Translations under genes and position numbers: made by a program | Part shown: positions 40,318-53,468 of the stretch, piece after piece | Position numbering within the stretch: position 1 is the stretch's first letter | Layout of the letters: each line of letters starts with the position of its first letter | Assembly (NCBI GenBank): GCA_051294905.1 | Contig: CM119371.1 | Location: 22,694,001 to 22,758,000, forward strand | Direction: 5' to 3' | DNA: 64,000 nt | DNA from: Botryllus schlosseri | Lineage: Eukaryota | Notes under the pieces: model-generated | What the model saw: the letters and a program-made list of their open reading frames with translations, nothing else | Told to the model about the DNA's origin: nothing | Database searches by the model: none

Positions 40318-43300
40318 GTCTATCTAATGCGAGACGTCATGTTCTCTGTAGGGTCCGGAATAGAGATTCGTCATTATGTCGTCCTGAAATTTGTTCCTCA
40401 TCAAAACACATCCAGAGTTGTAACGTAAGCCAATCGAGGTCCTGAATAGCGTAGGAGCATCGGTCGTTCTTCGGTAAGAGATCGCGTAAGTACAGTGTCA
40501 CTGGATCGTCCGTTCAAAAGGCAAGCACTCATCAGAATACGGTTTCCTATAAAAGGCAGAGTTACACGCAATTGGCGCCAAAGATTATTAGGGATCATGA
40601 TTGGCGGTGAATTGGCCTACCGATCCGCTATAACGCCATCCCCTGTTAGAAGGTCATTAACACGATAACCGATAGGGAAATCGTGAACCGTATACTACAT
40701 TAACAGTTTGCGCGATTGGGAAATTTATTAAAATATGTTTCGTCGTTATGGTAGATTTGAATTTAATTCTACTCCCGGGAAATCAAAGCAATTCTGATAT
40801 TAGTTAGGAACATGCAACAATAAAAGAACTCACCTGGTGATAAGCATACTATCCTTAACCTCCAGTAATATGCCATATGCATGTTGGACGATGGAGGTCT
40901 TATGAGTCAGTTAAATGATAGATCTGAAAGCAAGGGAAATTACGTGAGCCCGACGAAAACGTCCCAATGAGAACACACCCTTCGTGAAACAGCTCAGAAT
41001 GTCTCCGTCAAAGTATAACTCCCTCTCTCTCTCTCTTGGAGGATCACAATACTTGTACTTGAAAACTGCAAATAGCGAAAAGTAATTCAGTAAGACACGA
41101 AATATGACGACGTAGAAGTATTAGTACCGGTAAATTAGATTTACTTGAGTAAGTGCTGCAAGGGTACGAACACTACTTGGTTATTTCGAAAACGCTGTAG
41201 CACTTCGTTAACCTATACTTACCAGGTTATAGGAAATTAATTCAACACGAAACTAAACCAGCATGCTTCCCGTGGGGGCTACAGTAATGGTAGTATATGC
41301 CCCTACATTGGTCATTCCCCGAACACGAATATCGTTTATTAAATCCACGCGTACAGTGGTATGGTATATTTTAACCGACTGATTCCATACGTCACTTACA
41401 GACAAAATTAAAGCAAGTATAGGGACAACGTAGCAGCAAGTTGCAAGCTATGGAAAATGTGTAGTATCCTACGCCATGATTGTTACAATAACTCCCTTTA
41501 ATCAGCATAAATTCGTGACCGATGTTTTTAAATCAAAATAATTGACATGCCCAGGAGCTGAGTTACAACCCTAGCATATATGCCCAATAATGGCCATATA
41601 TCTCAAAGGTTACGTCAGCAAAAGGTATCTTAGGATACTATTCAAGCGTATTCTAACAGCGCTGACTAGATACAAGCTTACATATAACAACGGGTTTATA
41701 AGTATCGACACGATAAGAATATATGGTATATATATTATATATATTGCTCTTCACTCCTTGGTATATATTGAACTAATATACACACCTATTACATTGAAGA
41801 TGAGGCAATTTCATTCCCTGTGGTTGATTTTCGGATCAACTTCAACTATATCTCGTACCGACATAGGCTGTGTCTCTACACGGGGCCTACGATAACGTAA
41901 GTTATCTTACAGTAATACACAACATTAGGATTTGCCATCATATAATTGGTCACCATGAGGAATTTGATTACATGAGGTGCGTGTGCGAAGTCACACTGTA
42001 CTGCTTACGCAGCAAATTGTACAAATGATAAAGCGCCAACATGCTTGACTAAAGATCGATTACTACCAATGATATACAAGCTAATTAGTAAAAACTACAT
42101 CGGAATAATAGAGTAATATAAAAATTTGTGCGGGACTAAAATATTACGGCCAAAGAAGATATCCTAGATCACTGACAATATAAATGTAAGTTTTTGTAAC
42201 ATATGGTTTAAACAATACAACAAAACCACCTCGCTCTCTAACAATACTAGGATGTTTGGATGTCCATTGTAGGGATTTGAAGACTTGAATAAAACGGTGG
42301 GAATAGTTCCGAAGGTATATTGTGTTGAGCTGTTACTCCTTTTGTCGATCTGCCGCAGGCCCGTAGTATATATAGATTATATGCCGATCGAGTGCGGTTT
42401 GACAGCGTAGTGGTTGACTAAATACAAGCAGCAGATATCACGAAAACGTTCCAAATAGTATAGGCCTATGGATTATTAGGACAAGACGTTTTATCAGGCC
42501 ACCTTTGGATTAGGCTAGTAGTCAGATCGAGGATGAGATGATATTTGTTATTGCTTGCACACAAAATTAAGTCCTATAGCATCATTCAACCTTATTTTCA
42601 GTGATGGTTGAGAACCACTGACATATACAGATACTGTTGTATAAGCACACATGCACAGGTGCTGTATATGCATTACATATATATACTTGTATTTATTAGG
42701 TCCTAAAGATAGTAACAGAGATGTTGCGAACGTTCTGTTCATCTTCGGGTTTTGAATGCGAACCTGGATCACCTTCGTTATTTATAAGAACTATAGTAGC
42801 TTATTCGCTATGAATATTTTTAGGAAATGTGAGAAAATCGCAGAAATCATAAGAATATTGATCAGATCTCATTGACGCTGGGTTCCTGAACTCGATGCAT
42901 CAGGGAGGCAGCAATAAATGAAATTCAACAGAAAACTGAGATGAAAATTGTATCACCAAAAACTATGATGATTCTAAAGAATGTCACGCCCCTGCGGTTT
43001 AAAATCATAAAGTGCCTCGTTTTTACTTCTTCTAGGTGCTTCAGTCAAAAACCGTCGAAATCAAGATCATGAACTTTATATCGTCACGCGCGATAGGAAA
43101 ACCAACCAAGTCCAACGCAACCGACCATATTCTTAAGTCAAGCGTTATGTAATCGTCCTGAGCAGCACAACAAAATTAGGTGGACATGAGAGTCCCTTAT
43201 ATAAAACGAAACCTAACTCCAGATCGACAAAAAAGGTACTAAGACATCATGATAGGGCATATCGATTGCGCCACTTACACCATGCCAGAGTATTCTGATA

Positions 43301-43955
43301 AATATTCTGATGAATTTGTGATCAAAATAATATTCCAAAGTCATGTGTTCGCGTTCAAGTTTGTGTTTCTGGGGATCTGTTCCAGTTGCGTAGCCTGAAA
43401 AACAATTTGGACGTAGACAGATATTCGATGAGTTCCAGACCCCAACCCGAAAAAATAAAAATTATTGTCATATAATAAAAAAAATACGGTCATGGGCCTG
43501 TACTGGGCGATCAAAATATATTGTGCGTATGCTCTTTATACATAGATTTCACAGAAACATATGAATATACCCTTTTTGCGCCAATCAAGTTACGCGATTG
43601 ACGAACAAGGTGGTTTAGGTTATGGCGAATACAATACTAACATGTTGATGTCTATTAGCATATTGGCCCGAAATCTTATGAAATATTAACGTGACCACTG
43701 CCTATTGTTCTTAACTAAATTTGTGGGAGCACATGAGTCATTTTATCACCTGGCTTCGTCAACACGCCTCGAATTAAAATTGGAATCTCTCGAGGGTTTG
43801 CACAATCACTATTAGCCTGACGACTAGAGTAGAAGGGAAAATAACGCTTTAAACTAATCTTAGCACAGAGACCTTCAATTTGGCGTAGTGATATCCGGAC
43901 AAGTCAATAGTCACTTCAATTACGAGGAGAGAAGCCGATTCAACTATACGGCTCC

Positions 43956-44041
43956 ATGGCTGATGGTGGATCGCCAAACGTCATCTCTTTAAACGGGATG
44001 AATGCTGAAAAAGTAGTTATCGTGCAGGGAAACAATGGCAG
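43956..44041 (+). CDS. Kinase gene, candidate first coding exon
   Basis: ATG in tccATGg context with an upstream in-frame stop; MADGGSPNVISLNGMNAEKVVIVQGNNG; donor ag|gtgagt. Confidence 0.6.
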
Positions 44042-44109
44042 GTGAGTTATATAGCATAAATGAAGCGCAAATAATTATATTACCTAACTGTTACAAACCC
44101 TATTATCAG

Positions 44110-44165
44110 ACCAAACCAAGTAAACAAGAACAGAAGGAACAACAACAGGGCAAAGGGGAATAAAG
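44110..44165 (+). CDS. Kinase gene, candidate exon 2
   Basis: 68-nt intron, acceptor tattatcag|; in frame RPNQVNKNRRNNNRAKGNK. The donor is ambiguous (44165 or 44170). Confidence 0.5.
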
Positions 44166-44320
44166 GTCAAGTAACGAAGTTAAATCTCTCCCTACCATGA
44201 TTTAGATAAGTGGTTCGTAAACATTTTAGCGCGAGACGCAAATCTGAATTTTATTGACATGTTTTGACCCAAGCTTCTCACATCTAAGCAAATATCGCAT
44301 TTCTAATGTGTGTGCTCTAG

Positions 44321-44356
44321 GGGAGGATGTAGGAAACAGAGTAGCTGCTGACAACA
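44321..44356 (+). CDS. Kinase gene, candidate exon 3
   Basis: ctaat branch-like site, gctctag| acceptor, GEDVGNRVAADN, donor |gtttgt (alternative donor near 44412). Confidence 0.4.
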
Positions 44357-44972
44357 GTTTGTACGCATCACACTTCTATGGATTCACTTCAAAAAACCAT
44401 TGCTACAGTGAGGTAGATGTCACATGATATTTCTCATTGATATTAATACTAATGCACAATTCTTGTAGTGTGATCTATGACCCTGTGCGCACATAAATGA
44501 CACCCGAACTTTGTCTATTATATATAATTATTAGATAGTGTAACGCGACGGTCTGCACATTTTCATGATAAATCCATATTGTCGTGACAACTTTTCTGTG
44601 CTTGTCGTTAAGTTGCTATAGTACCCAACGCAATGGCCTTGGATATGCAATTGTGCAGCAGTTTCCCACGCAAAGAAAATGTCTCGGGAATTCAGCAATT
44701 ATTACCTACATATTTTAAGCCATCGCTTTGGTGGGGCCAGCGCTGATAAACGGCCAATTGATTCCGTTGTAAAAATTCAATCTCAGATCCAAGTTATGCG
44801 AGATTGGAATCGGACGGTCGGCCTGTATACGAAATCAGCGATGGGAGTAGATCAACATCAACTGCAAAGGGTATACGTTCGCCTATTAAATCAGGTGATA
44901 TTGATATGTCGTGAATACGTATTCCACTAATTGAATATATAGCATATGTCAGTATGGAATTTATTTCTGTAG

Positions 44973-45032
44973 CAGATCCCATATGTCGTGAAATGACACG
45001 AATGGACAAGGAGACCCTCGAACCAGAAGCAG
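44973..45032 (+). CDS. Kinase gene, candidate exon 4
   Basis: ttatttctgtag|cag NAGNAG acceptor, DPICREMTRMDKETLEPEA, donor cag|gtgact; phase 1-1, compatible with the kinase exon. Confidence 0.5.
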
Positions 45033-46554
45033 GTGACTACATGGATATGATAGATAGAGGATAATAAAATACCGCTTGATTCGTAATGTAGTGTAATCAG
45101 GCATTTTTACTTAAGTATGCACTATTAGGGAACGGAGATATACCAAGTATAGTGATGGTGCGTACGTTCCGCTCATGTTTCCGCAATGCGAATGCGAATC
45201 TCGGTAATTCGGATTCTCTCGCTTACAAACGAACTTGTTATTGAAATGAAAGTAACTTCCGGTAATGTCAACATCTGTGCTCAAAATTCTTTTAGAGCAA
45301 AAATAACTTCCAACATAATCTAATATAATCATCCAAGCGTTCAATATTACACTGGTTTTCGATAATTTTACTTGAAAAGATTTTGTTTTTCTGGATTATA
45401 AGATAACTCGTTTCGATCATCACCATGTGCTTGGTGATGAACTGGGCCGGATAGAGATCATTACAATATATTCCGCTGCAATGGCGTAGTAAGCTTTACG
45501 TTGCATATGATATTAATGGTATACGTTGTGAAACATTGTTCATGAGATCAACGACCCTCCTTGAATCTTTATTATTTGGAATGAGGGCTTATATGCCTAC
45601 TGGATCAAATAAATGACCTCAGACACCTAGGAACATCCTATGATAACACGTCCGCTAAAGTAATATCGATATGACTAATGTTACGAATGGCACCAGTTGG
45701 ATTTTAATTTTTGAGTTTTGACTATACCACTGGGGCACGGAATGAAATGCTAATATAGTTGTAGGAATTCGACACAATTATTCCGAAATCTTTCAAATCA
45801 AATTTTTGCCGTCGCGTTCCAGAGTTCAATGCAAATAAAGCACGTTAACTCGCATGAATAAATGGTCAGAGGAGGTAACGAAGCTCGATTTTGTTATAAC
45901 TCTGATATCTTGACATAAATTTCAGATGACTCAAAATGACTCCTGTGTTGAGAGAAACAAAATTGATGAGTGGCAATCTTGAATCAATTCATAAACAACT
46001 GCTTATAGATAAGAATTCCAAGGCATTTCTTCCACTGTATCGAGCTGTAGCAATCGTTTGATGTTGATATTCGTGTTCTCCTACCATTGATTAAATCTTC
46101 GCCGTTTTAATGCGACGATTGCATTGGTTGGCTGCATCGGAAAAACTTACAGGCACCTTGTCGACAAACTCACATCATCATAGAAAACTGACGTATACAC
46201 GCGAAACACTGAAACACGTGACCGCGTTGTTGGGCAACCGAATAAGGTTTGATATTTTGTTTGTTTCGTGAGCAAATATGGTAAAATCCATAGCTGGAAA
46301 TCAGAGTGCAGAAACGTATGAAAGCTAGTCCAAATAAATGCTAGTGTCTGTTTCTGTCATGAATATTGGAATTGGTCAGGGCGCTGGGACTCCCCAAAAT
46401 AGCCCGAACATTCGAAAATATAGGAATTAGAGCGGTGCAATACAATGACAAATTGCTCCAATAGTCCAGATAAATGCAGAGTGTTAACCTCTACAGCGAT
46501 TTCCTGAAGCTACAGTGCCCCAGATACGGAATCAATAACCCGCTCCGCCCCTGC

Positions 46555-46836
46555 TTTGTTTGTTATGTTTGGGGTATTCATGGTGTTTGTCGATTGCTAT
46601 GGTCATTTACACTAGGCCAATATTCTCCATTTTCATTCCGTAACTGCCGACTTGCAGCACGGCCCACTTCTAGGCTTTTTGTAAGACACCGTTTACGCGC
46701 ATGAGATGGCCTGGAGGAGCCTAGATAAACCTCCAATACTTAGGTAGGAATCCGGAGACGACCCCGTTTGGACTCGAACGCGCAACCTATTGGTGATGTA
46801 GCTGCGGATTGTACCACTATACGCTACCACTCAACC
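46555..46836 (-). mobile_element. tRNA-derived SINE
   Basis: A box TAGCGTATAGTGG and B box GTTCGAGTCC on the minus strand; body shared with the 26.4-kb and 20.1-kb copies; AC-rich tail. Confidence 0.7.
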
Positions 46837-47578
46837 CTGCGCCCCAGTGATTAAATATTAAATTGCGTGAAAGAGTTTCCCCACATTCCTAGCCAATAAG
46901 GAAATTTTCATCTATACTCGCAGACAATACAATTATTTATATTTACCGAATCGGCGAGGAAGTCGCTTTCTTGTGAAATAAGTTCTTCTAAATTCCATGG
47001 CATTTCTATATCTGTTTACGTGAGAAACGGAAATTGCTAGAGGTGTCCGGTAGCCCAATCATTCAGTCACATGTTTCGTATCCATTCGTGGATTAGCAAT
47101 CTATTTTCTAACACGCCTTAAAGAAATATCAGTATGACGTCATTTGAATGGTGGACGTGATATCTGGGAATGGTAAAAATAACCCTTCCGAGCTCATAAC
47201 GGTATGTGTATTTCTGAGAGTCCATGAGCTTTTATTATTTGTTGACTCTTAGTTCGTAGCCGTTTCCCAGACAACATCCAGGTGTTAAGAATATGATTGG
47301 GCGCGAATATGTTGAAATGATTCATATTTTTACAAACTAATAAGACGGTTGCTTATATGCGTATCACGGTACCCTCTTGCCTATTACAAACGGAATAGTC
47401 ACTTCTACCATCGAAAAGTTTCTTTTGGTTCTGGGTTTCATCTGAAAGCAAGCCGAAGACGTTGGGGATGTGGCAACAATAACATTAACTAAATTTTTAA
47501 TAACATTAGTTGATTAAATTTAATTAGTAAATATACACATACAAATGCAACTGAATATCGATTTAATGTTTTGATTAG

Positions 47579-48418
47579 GTTGGGTCCAGCTGTCAGACAC
47601 AATCAAGATACAGATGAACAACCCTATTAAAAAGGGCGCAATGATCTTCAGAGGGAAGAAAAAATTCTTGAATGGATGGCGTGACATGGCGATCAAATTG
47701 ATTTCTGAAAACGAAGCAAATTTTAAAGAAGTGGAATTCCTATTGAAGCTCGGACAACATTCGAATGTGATTCTCGTTTATGACGCGGGCGTTTATCCTC
47801 AGAACTTGACACCTTATATATACATTGTCATGGAATTTTGTCCCCAAACGCTGAAAGATTACATCGACGGATGCAAAGGAAAAAAATTTGACTTCGTAAG
47901 AAATTGGTCTTACGCGAAACAACTCGTGGAGGGTGTTGCGTATATTCACAAGCAAAATATCTTACATCGCGATATCAAACTGGAAAATATACTTCTGACG
48001 AAGTGTGGTGAATATCTTCGGGTCGCGGATTTCGGTATTAGCAAGCAGATGAAGGAAGATCAATCCGTAGCCAACATCACCTCGCGGGGAATGGGAAGTG
48101 AAGGATTCCAAGCACCGGAAATGTTACAAAAGTATCCCACGGCCTCTTTTTACTCAGATGCTTATTCAATAGGCATCGTCCTCAGCCTTCTTTTTTCTAA
48201 CGGATATCACCCTTTTGGTCCCGATCAAAACAGATGGCGTACGAATATAATCGACCACAAAGGACTTGACCTTTCCCATATTGTTGTTTTCGAGAAACCA
48301 TACACCACAAAGAGAACGGAATTGATTACACTTATCAAGCTAATCCTAATTCGCAGCCCGCGTAACCGCCCCCGTCCCGAGGATATGCTGAGCAATCCAT
48401 TCTTCGAGAGGCCATCAG
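47579..48418 (+). CDS. IRE1-like Ser/Thr protein kinase domain, single phase 1-1 exon
   Basis: MAIK, KEVEFL, HRDIKLENILL, ADFGISK, GSEGFQAPEML, SNGYHPFG....R..NI and RP...MLSNPFF follow IRE1 kinase signatures. Acceptor ttgattag|gt, donor tcag|gtgagt. Confidence 0.92.
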
Positions 48419-49984
48419 GTGAGTCATTACGATGCGTAAAGTTCCACGATGGAATGGAATCCTGATGATGCGGGTAAGACATTTGATCTCCAATCGCGGT
48501 CACGGAATATTTGTACACCAGAAATTATGCTGCGGAAATATTAAGTTAGGGAACCACTGGCCTGAAGCAATCTGGGGATTTCTCTTTCGTGTTTAAAAAT
48601 TTCGTTAGTGAACTGAAACATAGATATTTCTGGTTTGTTGTCCACTTATAATATGCCCCAGCAATTAAGGTACGGGCCATATTTGCGAAAAGGCCTATGT
48701 GATTTTCTCACGCGGAGGGGTGATGGGTCGTTTCTGCATGCTTCAAAAAAATCATGACAACGTAATCGTGACGTTCTTACAACATCCGCTTCATTTATTC
48801 ATCCAAACCGGATTGGACTGCTCAGGGTGTGCCACGAGATAATGAGCTAAAATTGTTGTCGTGGACATAAAACAAGAGGCTCTCCGCGCTTAAATTATGA
48901 GGCGGTCTCAAATTAATGTTGAAAGTGTAGAAACATTTTGGCAGCGGTCCTTTCCCCCAGCAACCTTTACATTCGAACTGCAGTGTACAGATTTTCACAA
49001 AAAGTATATACATCTATACTTGTCTCTGTGATGTTATGGTGACTCTACACTTCTTAACCCTTAGCGAAATTTCTGGCACGGCTTTATTCAGTCTTGCGAT
49101 TTCTCGGCCCGGTCACGGAATAAACTAAATTTTAGATAATTGTCATTTGGTATGAGCGTGGAAGAATAATGTCTTACGATATCAAGGAGGTTTAGGTACA
49201 TCGAGTATCGGCGTATGTTACTGATGTACAACGACTGCTGAAGATGAATTGGTGCCGGTAACATGCTTTGCACACAAATATACCATAGGCCAGAGGTTAT
49301 TAACCTTTTTTGTCATCGCGGACCCCCCCCCCCCAAGGACCCCCCTCTCCAACATGTTTCAGTTCAAATTTACCTCAAATATAGTAAAACCTGCATTTGT
49401 CTTGTGTGAATATCAACTGTAGGGTACAGATAAAGATCAACAAAATGAATTTTCTTGATAATAACATGCTATTTATGGAAAATTGCGAAGACATTCTGCA
49501 GCGAATTCTGTAGCTGCAATTCTTGAAATACGTGGTCGTGCTTGAAATCCACGTCGTCGATTTGATTCGAACGAATCTAATAGTTAACCGCAACGCATCA
49601 GACGACAATTTTGGGTATGATATGGCACCAAAATTGAGAAACAGAACATAAAACGTCCAGCCTAGGCATTTATATCTAGCAGCTCATATTGAAGTTACTC
49701 AGGAATAGCGGTTACAAGAGAAAATTGAATTTTGCAAACAATTTTTGTGAAAACCCCAACGAATCATCTGTAGGCAGCAATTTGTTGGCATCGGAAAGCT
49801 ATTGGCTAATACAAGGGTTCTCAACTTCCCATGTATAACGGGCTGCATTTCAACAACTATAGATGCTGCGGGCAGCAGAACAATGTCACTTTACTTTATG
49901 TACGTACAAGTCGCATTACTGTAACTGTTTTCGTAATAGAGGCCTTTATCACATTGATCTCTACACCTCTCATGCAAAATAAAG

Positions 49985-52220
49985 TGATATGAGAATTCTG
50001 GCGATTCGGGATCATTTCTGTGCAAACCAATCAACTATTTCTCCTTTCCTACCATGGCTGGAGCCCTGCACCAATAGTTACAGAAATCATCTTCGTCAAG
50101 TTGATGTTTTTCGCTGGCCTCCTCCCCACGTTTGCCCTGCCAAACAACCCCTCTGCAAATATGTCCAGTAAAATAGAATGCACCCATGCAAGGTCTGTGA
50201 AGTCAGCGGATTCATCCGATGCTAGGATAAAGTAGCTTCGAGGGCGACATGTTTCAGAAACTGCGATAAAAGATCGACTGACATTGCTGTTACTCTTTGG
50301 GACACGGTTTAATCAGACAACTGTACTTCGACATCTGTCACGTATTGTTGTACTTGCTGCAAGGTATGGAAACAGCGAAAATTCGCGCAGTGTGCTAAGG
50401 TTCTATTAAAATCACACCTTCTCTATCAGTTTTATTGGCTTTAGCGAGATTCCAAGCAATTTTTAAAAATTTAAAAATTTTTTAACAATGACTCGAAGTA
50501 TGGATTACAGGACTTGGTACATAGCTAGCAACGTTTTTTTTTAATATCTCGCGAATATGTATTTTTTACCTCCGGATGGAATTGTCGTGGTATCATTTTA
50601 AGCTTCTAAGCTTCGTTACGACAACTGTTCTTCGACAAATACCCATCGCTTTTCCATTTACATCTGAGAAAACAAATTCATTGTTCCACGCAAAGTTACA
50701 GACCCAGTTTCGTCGTTTAATGTACCTTTCCTTGTTCTTGTTTCTGTTCAAAACAGTTGCGGTGAGTGAAACACGCTTCAAAAGTGCACTACGCAGCGGG
50801 CTTCTCCTAAATCAGAGTCCAGACGAAAACCGATAATCCAAATAGTAACAGTCTAAACTCGAGCATATCGGGAAACCAGAACACATCAAAGAATAAGGAA
50901 TCGTTAAACAAAACGGAGACGTTGCGATAAGAGAGCTATATAGCTAAATTAACATTTAACAATACCGTATTACAGGGGCGGCCAACCTTTTCAGCCAACG
51001 GGTCACATTCGATTGACGAAATATTGCTCGATCCACTAGCAACGCGAAGCGCGAAAAGTTTTCGAGGTTCATAGCTCAATAATATCGTCACTTGACTATA
51101 TTGCGGACCTGCTGTATATCGTTAGGCTCAGTTTGCAAGGACCAGACTATTCGGCGCCTGGACATAAATTTCGATTAACTGCAAAATACGTTGCGGGCCG
51201 CAGAACATTATTACCAAGTATTTGCGCGCTACTAATGAATTTAGGCTACTGTAGCCTATTTACCGGTCGTATACGGGCATTTAGTACATTTTTATGCACT
51301 CTAAAGCATTAATGGACAGCGTTCGTAGGTTTGCAGTTGCTGCTTCTCGTGAGAATATGTATCTTCTAGCGGCGCAAGTAAATCTCTCCATGGGAAATGC
51401 ATTGCATTCGTTCCCAAATCTGTATATGCCATTCAAACCCTTCCACCAGAGAACTGAACTCTCGGTTTCAATGCGGGAGCTAGCAAGTATAAAATTACGG
51501 AAACTTTTTCGTTACAGAGGCCATTATCACTTTGAGTTTTCAGTGATATGAGAAGTCTGGCGTTCGGGGTTATTTCCAAGCAAACCAATCAACCCTTCTC
51601 CTTTCCTTCCATGGCTGGAGCCTTGCACCAATAGTAAAAGAAGTCAGCTTTGTCAAGTTGATGTCTTCGCTGATGCCCTCCCCACATTTGCCCTGTCAGC
51701 ATTTCCTCTGGGAAATATGTTCAGTCTGGTAAAATACACCTAGATAATTAGCTATGCGATGTGTGCGGACTCGGTGGATTCGTCCAATGTTAGGTTGAAG
51801 TAGTTTAGGCGGCAACGTGTTTCGGAATATGCTATAGGAGATCGACTGACATTGCTCTTACTCTTTCGGTAACTGTTGAATCAGACAACTTCGAACTTTA
51901 TCAGGTGATGTTGTTAACTAAAACAGGAAACATTGGATATTTGCACAGTACGTTAAAGTTTTATTGAAGTCATTAGCAGATTTCTTGAGTTCAGCGATAT
52001 TCCAAGATATTTTGAACAATGCGTCTGTGAGTTCTTCGGCAATTTTAACAAAGACTCGAAGTATGAATTGCTGGACTTGACACCTAGCTACCAACGTTTT
52101 TATAATATCAGGCGATATATATAACCCCGCAAGAAACTGTTGTAGTAGCACACGCTTCTACGCTTCGTTACAACAACTGTTCTTCGACAAATATGACACA
52201 TCGGTTTACCATTCCAATAC
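49985..52220. repeat. Two diverged direct copies (~49985-50660 and ~51540-52220) of a coding-like segment inside the kinase intron
   Basis: Shared blocks ccatggctggagcc.tgcaccaatag, gatcgactgacattgct and acaactgttcttcgacaaata. Confidence 0.8.
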
Positions 52221-53468
52221 CGTGCCAGTAGTAATTGCGGCCATAATGAAGGAAGTCGGGGGCTGCAAAATAATCGTCTGCGGGCCGCATGCGAACCGCA
52301 GGCCGAGGGTTGAGAACCCCTGCATTAGGCGTTCTTTCATTTTCACAAAGGGGTAACAATATTAAAAGTAAGAAATCGAGTGACAACATGTTGCGCGAAG
52401 CCTGTAGAAATTTTTTACTTTTGATAAATCTATCGCAAGTTATTCTGCTTTGTTGTAGTGTACGAAGATCTACCTATATGAAATGCCAATGCGTCGGAAC
52501 TGATATTTTAGTCATCACATCTCAAGTGTTGCGGCACGACTAATCAAATTTTTGGTTGGCCTTGTAAGTTCACAATCTGTGCAATCCATTTTTGATATTA
52601 TTACTAATTTCGGAAATTACCTCGCGGGCCACTCAAAACCTTCTCGCGGGCCACGGGTTGGCCGGCCCTGCCGTATTAGGAGTAATTGCGTTGATACTGG
52701 AAGATGTTTCGAGAACCACTGGGCTAATAGAATGAGTTTGCTCAGTAGAACATTTCATCTCAGACGATCATTCTCTCTATGTGAGTCCTGAAATTTCAAG
52801 TGAACAGTTATGAAACGAAACTGCGTCGTAATATCTCTAATACAAATAAGGTTGTCAACCATTTCGCATATTAGAAGGTTTCGTAGACCCCCTGCAAGAG
52901 CTTCACGTACCCCCAGTGGAGAACCACTGCTATACGCTGAACGTCGTCCGTTGAGCACCAGCATACAAAATGAAGAACGAATTATGCCTACCCTACTTAT
53001 ATTTTCGTAACTACTGACCACCGTGGTATCGTAAGACACAGTCCCTTTTCATCGACTATATGGCATACATAATTGATTTCTCTGTAAAACAATGATTAGA
53101 TTTGATTTTATGACGAATATGACATAAACTGAACATAGGAAAGAGACGTAATGGTCGTTGCATCAACTGACGGTGTTAGAAACGGCGGATTTGTAAACTA
53201 CACTTTCCATTTGCACATCCTGATCATTTCGCGGCGTAGCGCAACGAGCTATTCCCGCGCATGGTCGCTATATTCGATGCAATAATGTGATTGAGAATAT
53301 TACTGTCCTGCATTATATCTAGTCATCAGCAGATAATATTGCATTTTAGAAGACGGATGATAATCACCACTCTTCTTTGATTCAAATAGTATCGTAATTT
53401 ATCATGTTTGATGCTTGATTATTGTGCGAAGCGCAAAAATGTTGTGGCTAGTCGAGAAGTATGTAAAT

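Noticed and set aside
46760..46836. Functional tRNA genes (also at 26.5 and 32.7 kb)
   Set aside because: A/B boxes are present but there is no convincing cloverleaf, and each continues into a SINE-like body or tail.
48419..48465. Track ORF C-terminus GESLRCVKFHDGMES* as the true end of the kinase
   Set aside because: It begins with a consensus donor cag|gtgagt immediately after the domain, so it is probably intron read-through (not excluded as an isoform).
51918..52151. LLQQFLAGLYIS as a NACHT winged-helix (QEFLAALY) remnant
   Set aside because: Not conserved in the sister copy, and no P-loop or other NACHT motif was seen nearby.
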